From NCBI RefSeq assembly GCF_964355755.1, contig NC_092673.1, positions 29,447,648 through 29,511,647 of the forward strand: 64,000 nucleotides of DNA, written 5' to 3'. Shown here in pieces: positions 54,501 to 63,500 of this stretch (its first letter is position 1; each line of letters starts with the position of its first letter). A program made the translations under genes and the position numbers. This DNA comes from Antedon mediterranea. Its lineage: Eukaryota; Animalia; Echinodermata. The notes under the pieces are model-generated. The model was given only the letters and a program-made list of their open reading frames with translations, was not told the origin of the DNA and did no database searches.

Positions 54501-57500
54501 GCTCTATATGTATGGGATCAAAATAATTCAAATCACATAATATATTTATTATACAGACTTTAATTCGAAATTAGCATTATACTTGATTTTATTGTTATAG
54601 ATTCCGAAGGTCCTGTCTTAAATTGTCCTGGTGATCTTGGACCATTTGAAGTAGATGATAATTGTATGGCATATGTTGAATGGAACGTAACAGCAACAGA
54701 CAACAATGATGGAAGTGTTCCAGTAGTTTGTGACTTGATGCCTGGGGATTTTCCCGATGGCAACTATACAGTGAATTGTACAGCTTCAGACTCATCAGGA
54801 AATACAGCCAACTGTTCTTTTAATGTTGATGTGTATGGTAGGTATTGCTTGATGAATCCATTATAAAATGACTCAGACCTTTGTGATGGCATAGTCTGAT
54901 TGGTAGATAAGTATTTTTAACACCCTTGCGTTCTTTATTTATAGATTCTATTGCACCGGAGATTACATGCCCATCAAATGTATCTATGTGCTCACAATCT
55001 GGGACATCTACAGACCTGGCATATTGGGATTCACCCATAGCTACAGATAACTGCTGTGATGACATCACTTTATCTAGTGACATTGATAATGGTACAGCAC
55101 TTGATGTTGGTGTATTGCATGAAGTTGTCTATACTGCAACAGACTGCAATATGGTGGAAGCACAATGTTCATTTACAGTATTTTTGGAAGGTAAAATTCA
55201 GGTTTTGGTTCGATAAATATAATAATGGTAGTCTTATATAGCACCTAATACAATGTGCTTTACACTCAAAATTGATCCATAAAATATCGTGGAGCCATTT
55301 ACACTGCTCCATTCTCCATCACTGGGAAGCTCCCATATGAGAGCTCGCCGGAACAGTATTCACAGGAGCTTGAGTGAAAAAAACCCATTATTTTCAGATT
55401 TGGAATAGACTAGATTATGTGTGGCAGTCTTCATATTATATAATATTTGAATTATGTTTTACATTATTTTTAAATAATTGTAATAATAACGCATATAATT
55501 ATTTTATAGATTGTGATGCTCCTGAAATAAATTGTCCTGATAATCTTGGACCATTTGAAGTAGATGATAATTGCACAGCATATGTTGAATGGAACGTAAC
55601 AGCAACAGACAACAGTGATGGAAGTGTTCCAGTTGTTTGTGACTTGATGCCTGGGGATTTCCCTGATGGCAACTATACAGTTTCTTGTTCAGCATCTGAT
55701 TCGGATGGAAATCCTACAACATGTTCTTTTAATTTCTATGTAAATGGTGCGTCTTTTTATATTACCTTTTACTGTCCATCAGTTTGTAGCCTAATGTTCT
55801 TTGTTACCATCAATAGACCCACCATTGCAAGGCAATAAACCCATTTAAGCATTAAACATGTAGTTTTACAAATAATATAGTATGTTCTATATAAGTATGT
55901 TTTAAATACAGTTGAGTTAATTGGTTAAGTAACTACTTCAAGGCGCAGAGAATCAAAACGTTTATTTTATTCATACATTCATATCATTGCAATCTAAACC
56001 CTTGTGTTCCACTGCATTGAAACACTACATAGATTATATTATGTTCGTTAGTTACTGTGTATGGTTTTTTTTATGAATGTTTATATGTATGTTCTTTTAT
56101 TGTTCTCTCTTAATAGATAATATTGCACCGGAGATTAATTGTCCATCAAATGTATCTATGTGCTCACAATCTGGGACATCTACAGACCTGGCATATTGGG
56201 ATTCACCCATAGCTACAGATAACTGCTGTGATGATATCTCTATATCTAGTAACATTGATAATGGTACAGCACTTGATGTTGGTGTATTTCATGAAGTTGT
56301 CTATACTGCAACAGACTGCAATATGGTGGAAGCACAATGTTCATTTACAGTATTTTTGGAAGGTAAGTCTGGGTTTCGTGGTATGAACAGAATTGGATTA
56401 ATTAAAACATATTAAAGTATGTTAATTCTTACAATTTTAAAGAAATGTTTTATTTATATAGCCTGAGATGATACATACTTGAGTTTTGTGTATCTAACTA
56501 TCATCCTTCAGTCTTTTGTATTTAATTGTTTTAAGTATAATAAAATTCAGCACATACAATTATCTTATAGATTGTGATGCTCCTGTATTAAATTGTCCTG
56601 ATAATCTTGGACCATTCGAAGTAGATGATAATTGCACAGCATATGTTGAATGGGAAGTAACAGCAACAGACAACAGTGATGGAAGTGTTCCAGTTGTTTG
56701 TGACTTGATGCCTGGGGATTTCCCTGATGGCAACTATACAGTGAATTGTACAGCTTCAGACTCATCAGGAAATACAGCCAACTGTTTATTTAATTTCCAT
56801 GTATATGGTAGGTATTTTATCAGGTTTTCTAAATCATCATTGTTACCCTATTACTAATTAATTTATGTTTGCAAAATGTGCTTGGCAATTGTTTGGGCTT
56901 TACCTATTATCACTCGTGGAATAAATAATATTATTATCATCTAAATGGTTCTGATTTTTCAGATGCAACAGGTCCAGTACTGACTTGTCCCTCGGTAGTT
57001 GAAGGATGCAATGACGATGGACGAGCCAATGCTACTGTCATTTGGAACTTTGAAAATCCAACAGACAATTGCTGTGATAATATTAATGCAGTCTCAAGTA
57101 ACCAAAACGGAAGCACTTTTGATATTGGAACTACAGTAGTTACGATTGAAGCTGCAGATTGCAATAACAACTTACAGATTTGTGAATTCAATGTTATTGT
57201 TAATGGTAACTCTCACTTTTGTTTTCTATATTTTCCATACTGTACAGAAACCAATTTATTGAAATCCTCTTTATAAATTACGACACAAAATAATAAATGA
57301 TAGGAGAGACACTTTATCAAATCTATTTTGACAACTTTTATATTTGACAGATTGTGAAGATCCTGTAATCACTTGTCCCGATTCAGTTGAGTTGGTCGCT
57401 GGCCCTCAATGTACTGCTGTGTACACTTGGTCAGACCTTAATGTTGAGGACAATGACCCAGACTCAATTGAGGTTGAATGTGACTACACATCTGGAGAAG

Positions 57501-60500
57501 CATTTGACGTTGGTACAACTTCTGTGGGTTGTACAGCTGTGGACAGTGCAGGCAATCAAGATAATTGCACATTCACTGTCTATGTATCTAGTATGTGATT
57601 AGCTGTTTTTTTACAATGTCAAACAACTAAAGTATATGGCAACAAAGTCTAAGGCTCTGTACTTAGTAATTCTAACCCACTGATCTATTAGGGAAAGTTC
57701 TGCAACCTAAATAGTTAATTCCCAAATATACATGCAGTATAGTTCTAGTTGTCCCATGACCTAGAGGATTGTAGGGGTGTAGCAGATAAGAGACAGTGCA
57801 CCATGTCTTTCCAAAGGGGAATTAGAATTTGTACTTATCATGACACAATACATGGCATAAGCCATATCTCCCAGTGGTGCCTATCTTGCAGGGTTTTTAA
57901 TTTATTTGTATTTATTTCCACTTATTCTTAGATTGTTCGTATCCTACTGTTGAATGTCCTGATGATGTAGAATTGGAAGCTGATGAAGATTGTAATGCTA
58001 CTCTTTATTACAATGTCACTGCAACAGACACCGATGGCAATACTCTTGACTATGAATGTTCTTATGAGAGTGGAGTGGAGTTTAGTTTAGGAGAAACAGA
58101 CGTAGTTAACTGCTCAGCCACTGATAATGGTGGTCGTGTAGGATACTGTCTCTTTGAAGTAGCAGTAATAGGTGGGTGTACACATCTTAATTTAAAATAT
58201 AAATTTATTAACTGTGTATTAAATGAGTATGCAGCACAGTATCTAAATGCTGTATGTGGTTCTTATATGCTTCATGAAATAGGAGTTTTTAACTTTTACT
58301 GTATATTTTCCATGGCTGTATACACATGACAATGGTCAATTATAATTGATATTTAGTTTTGTGTATTTAGAATTGTTTTTGTTTTTATTTTAGATACTAC
58401 GTCTCCCGTCATAGAATGCCCATCAGACCTGTCAGTGTGTTCTGAACCTGATATCAATGGGAAAATGGTTTCTTGGAGTATGCCGAATGCTACTGATTTG
58501 TTCTGTACAAACATCACCATTAGTCCTAATACAAGTTATCAATTTTTGGAAGTAGGCACACATCCTATTACATACTCTGCAGTAGATGGTTCTGGTAACA
58601 GTGAAAACTGTTCATTTAATGTCATAGTTATGGGTGTGTATTACATTTCATTTTATATTATATCATATTTCAAACATTATGCTACCTTAAATTGCATCCA
58701 TTGTCTCTATAACACCAACAGTGCAAACTGTTCATTTAATGTCATAGTTACAGGTATGTTTTCATATTTCAAACATTGGGCTACCTTTAAATTGCATCCA
58801 TTTTCCCCAAATGAACTTGATGAAGGAATAGTGTTTATAGCTTTCACGTTCTTTGACATAATATAGAGATAGAGATAGATGTGTACCAGAATTAAACTCT
58901 CTGTTTTTTGTATGCTCCAACACCCACGCATATCTTTGTAAATGCGGTGTAGTGCAACCGACTTTCATGAATTACGTGAATGTCCTCTTACTAACGCCAA
59001 CATTCTAATACTGTAGATCTTAGTTCATTTATTTGTCCAAAAGGAAATTCATGTTGACATACAATTTCTAAAAAAAATTAGTTAAAGGTTAGTAAATACA
59101 GAAAAAGATAATAAAATTTAAACTATACAACAGAGCAACAAAATTTCTCTGATGAACAATGAATTACCTGAGTTGGTTAAAAGGCTGATTGAATATGGAA
59201 TAAAAGATTTAAGGAATTTGTTTACAGTGCTGCAGCTTCTTCTGTTTATTATCAATTGAAACTTATTCTCAAAATTTGTTTTTGACTCTTCAAAGTTAGT
59301 GAAATATTGTCTTAGTTTGTTTTTATATTGATATTGTACTTCATTTGTGCCATGTTGGACACTCAGTTATCAATATGGAATGTAAGAAAATAAAGATTTG
59401 TAAATACACAGAGCGACACAGGAAGCATAGACCATTGCCATGAATAAATGTTTAATTTCAATTGCTAATTATTATTTCAGATTGTGATGCTCCACAGTTG
59501 ACATGTCCTGATAACTTTAACCTAACTGCTGATGAAAATTGTGAAGCTTCTATCACATGGGACCCAATTGATGTGTATGATAATTCTGGAGATATTCTAA
59601 CTGTTGAGTGTGATTTTGACAATGGTACTCTTGTTACAACTGGAGATTACAATATAGCGTGCCGGGCGCAAGACTCTACTGGCAACAATGGCACCTGTGA
59701 ATTTAACGTTGTAGTTGCAGGTAATGTTTATTGTTAAAAGAGGATCATTAATTATATGATCATCATTAAAGATGATCATATCCTTTTTATAAAATTTGTG
59801 TTCTGTAGTTCTATAGTTGTAGACAATTGTTTAATTGTTATAATTTTGGAATTGTTTTTTTGTTGTTGGTAAGATTACATTATTATGTGCAAACACGTTT
59901 AATTCTGTTTCAACATTCAGGGATGCATGAAACAGCATGTCAATCATCATCAGATTTGTCATATCATACTGAAATCAGTTCTTTTTTTTGTTAACTTCTA
60001 GATACAACAGCACCAGTATTCACATGCCTAACAATGATAAACAAGTGTAACGACTATGGCCTTCCTTATGCTACCAACTTGACATTCTTTGACAGTATCA
60101 CAGACAACTGTTGTCCTCAAAGTATATCAATGTCTATGGAAGAAACAATCAGCCAATTCGATATTGGAACCACAAATGTTACAATAACTGTTGAAGATTG
60201 TAATGGAAATGTAGAAATATGTTCAACTTCTGTTAACGTTGAAGGTAAGACCATAGAGATATTATAGTAAATATATCTATGATAAGACTCAGTGGCCTAA
60301 TAGTTATGACCGCTCAATAGCTAGACCCAGGAGGCCCAAAGTTTAATTGATTCCAGAGCATGAGAAGCCCCAATGTAACTACCAGCGTGGAGGGCCTCTT
60401 AGGATTGCTAAACCAGGAGCATTTTTTCCCTTAAGCAAGCTTTTTTTATTTATTGTCATATTTTAAAATTGTGAAATCTTTAAAAAAGGTACATATTTAT

Positions 60501-63500
60501 TACATAAAAAGTCTGCACACTATTAAGATACACAAATCAGGTAGCACCTGAATGTATTAACAGAGTTACATTGCAATATTACATCATTATTAGACTGAGG
60601 ATGTGTCCTTTGTTGAGCCAGTTACCTATAATATTCTATGACATTATATACAAAAAAATGTGTGTTCTTTATGCCCTAAACAGATGAGTGTTGCTTTGTG
60701 ATTGATTGTGATGCTGTTTGTTTGAAATATCAAAATATCATTAAGCTCCACTATCAAACTAGTTTGACAAAAAAGTGTGATGTGCCCAATAGTATGATGT
60801 CATCGTTTCCATATATTTGCACATCACTATTTTTTGTCACATAAAATTTGATAGTGTAGACAGAGCTTTACTCTTGTTTACCACCAATTACAACTATTGG
60901 ATGCATGAAGGTGCTACCTAACTTTTTAACACATTCATGCATTTATGTTTTGATGTACATTTCAGATTGTGATGCTCCACAGTTGACATGCCCTGATAAT
61001 TTTAACCTAACTGCTGATGAATTTTGTGAGGCTTCTATTACATGGGATCCAATTGATGTGTATGATAATTCTGGAGATATTCTAACTGTTGAGTGTGATT
61101 TTGACAATGGTACTCTTGTTACAACTGGAGATTACAGTATTGAATGCCGGGTTCAGGACTCTACTGGCAACAATGGCACCTGTGAATTTAACGTTGTAGT
61201 TACAGGTAGTTATTATTAAAGTTTCAAACCTGTCCTAAATAGTGTGTGCATTAGTTCTACGTGTTGGTGCAAATTCTTGATATGGATTATAATTTGGTTT
61301 TACAACAATCAATGTGAAAGTTGTTTTATTGCAGTCTGACAACTGTTTGACTACTTATGATTACATTTGCAATATGTATTTTTAAATAAAAGAGTAATGC
61401 TATGCCAAATTGTTATGTTATGCTCTTCTAAGGATTATAAATTGGTTGTATTGTTACTTGTTATTACTTCTTTATTATTATTATTATTATTTATTGCCAA
61501 AAACCAGTTACAAACAAACAAAACACAGAAACTAAGGGAGTAGGCAGGAACCTAAAAGTGAACCTAATCACTATAACAAGAGTTCAGGTTCCGTACTCCC
61601 AAAGTAACAACAATGATATAAAATAAACTATATAAAAATATTTAAAAAACAAAAAGACGAATCAACAGTGTCAATATAAAATAAACGGATAAAATACATA
61701 ATAGTCGATTCAACAAAGTCAATATAAAACATGTGATTTAAGTGAATTTAAAAGTGAAAATAAAAGTGAACCTAATCACTATAACAAGAGTTCAGGTTCC
61801 GTACTCCCAAAGTAACAACAATGATATAAAATAAACTATATAAAAATATTTAAAAAACAAAAAGACGAATCAACAGTGTCAATATAAAATAAACGGATAA
61901 AATACATAATAGTCGATTCAACAAAGTCAATATAAAACATGTGATTTAAGTGAATTTAAAAATATTTGAAAACTGTCTAAAATTAAAGAATTTTTAATCA
62001 TTTCCGGTAATTCTTCTTATTCCTATTTGGTGAGATAATTGCAAAATTTACCATTTTCTCCAATGTATCATGCTATGCAAAATTATTATTTTTTTTCTAT
62101 TTTTTAAACTTCTAGATACTACAGCACCAGTATTCACGTGCCCAACAATGGTGAACAAGTGTAACGACTATGGCCTTCCTTATGCTACCAACTTGACGTT
62201 CTTTGACAGTATCACAGACAACTGTTGTCCTCAAAGTATATCAATGTCTATGGAAGAAACAATCAGCCAATTTGATATTGGAACCACAAATGCGACAATA
62301 CTTATTGAAGACTGCAATGGAAACACAATAATATGTACAACTTTAGCTTATATTGAAGGTAAACACATAGCCTATGTACAGCCACAGAAAACACAAAAAA
62401 CATGAAATCTGTCTATTCACAAAAGAATCTATACTGTATTTCACTTTACTTCTGTTTTATTTTTTGTTACCTTCTTAGTTTAGTTGTTTTGTATTTGTTG
62501 TCTTGTTTTGCCCTGCATATGCTTGGTTCTCCAAGCTGTGACCTGGGATGTTTGTTACATTCTTAGTTTAGTTGTTTTGTATTTGTTGTCTTGTTTTGCC
62601 CTGCATATGCTTGGTTCTCCAAGCTGTGACCTGGGATGTTTGGTACCTTCTTAGTTTAGTTGTTTTGTATTTATTGTCTTGTTTTGCCCTGCATATGCTT
62701 GGTTCTCCAAGCTGTGACCTGGGATGTTTGTTACCTTCTTAGTTTAGTTGTTTTGTATTAGTTGTCTTGCTTTGCCCTGCATATGCTTGGTTCTCCAAGC
62801 TGTGACCTGGGATGTTTGGTACCTTCTTAGTTTAGTTGTTTTGTATTTATTGTCTTGTTTTGCCCTGCATATGCTTGGTTCTCCAAGCTGTGACCTGGGA
62901 TGTTTGTTACCTTCTTAGTTTAGTTGTTTTGTATTAGTTGTCTTGCTTTGCCCTGCATATGCTTGGTTCTCCAAGCTGTGACCTGGGATGTTTGGTACCT
63001 TCTTAGTTTAGTTGTTTTGTATTTGTTGTCTTGTTTTGCCCTGCATATGCTTGGTTCTCCAAGCTGTGACCTGGGATGTTTGTTACATTCTTAGTTTAGT
63101 TGTTTTGTATTTGTTGTCTTGTTTTGCCCTGCATATGCTTGGTTCTCCAAGCTGTGACCTGGGATGTTTGTTACCTTCTTATGTTTTTACTTTACAAATC
63201 CTTGCCAAATAGGAGGGTTGTTTGAAAGTTTTCCGTTTTGGAATTTTCTTATGTGGGGGATTTCTGAATAATAGTTTAATTGTATTAAACAGATGCCAGT
63301 AACTGGGATTTTCATAATTTAAGCAGAATTCAATTGAAATATACGTATTCCACAAGAATTTCTTCTTACAAAATTCCACTTTAAAGTTTTCCTCTCACCA
63401 TAGTATACCAATGGCACCCTATTATTAACATGGAATTTTTTTAATAATTAGGATCTTAACTCAAACAAATTGCAAGATACATTTTCTGGTGTTTGTATAT

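Noticed and set aside
54225-54535. Possible LINE 3'UTR hairpin; also a SINE-like head at ~60287-60430 and a hAT-like end at ~15082-15124
   Set aside because: Too decayed to support a call without a repeat library.
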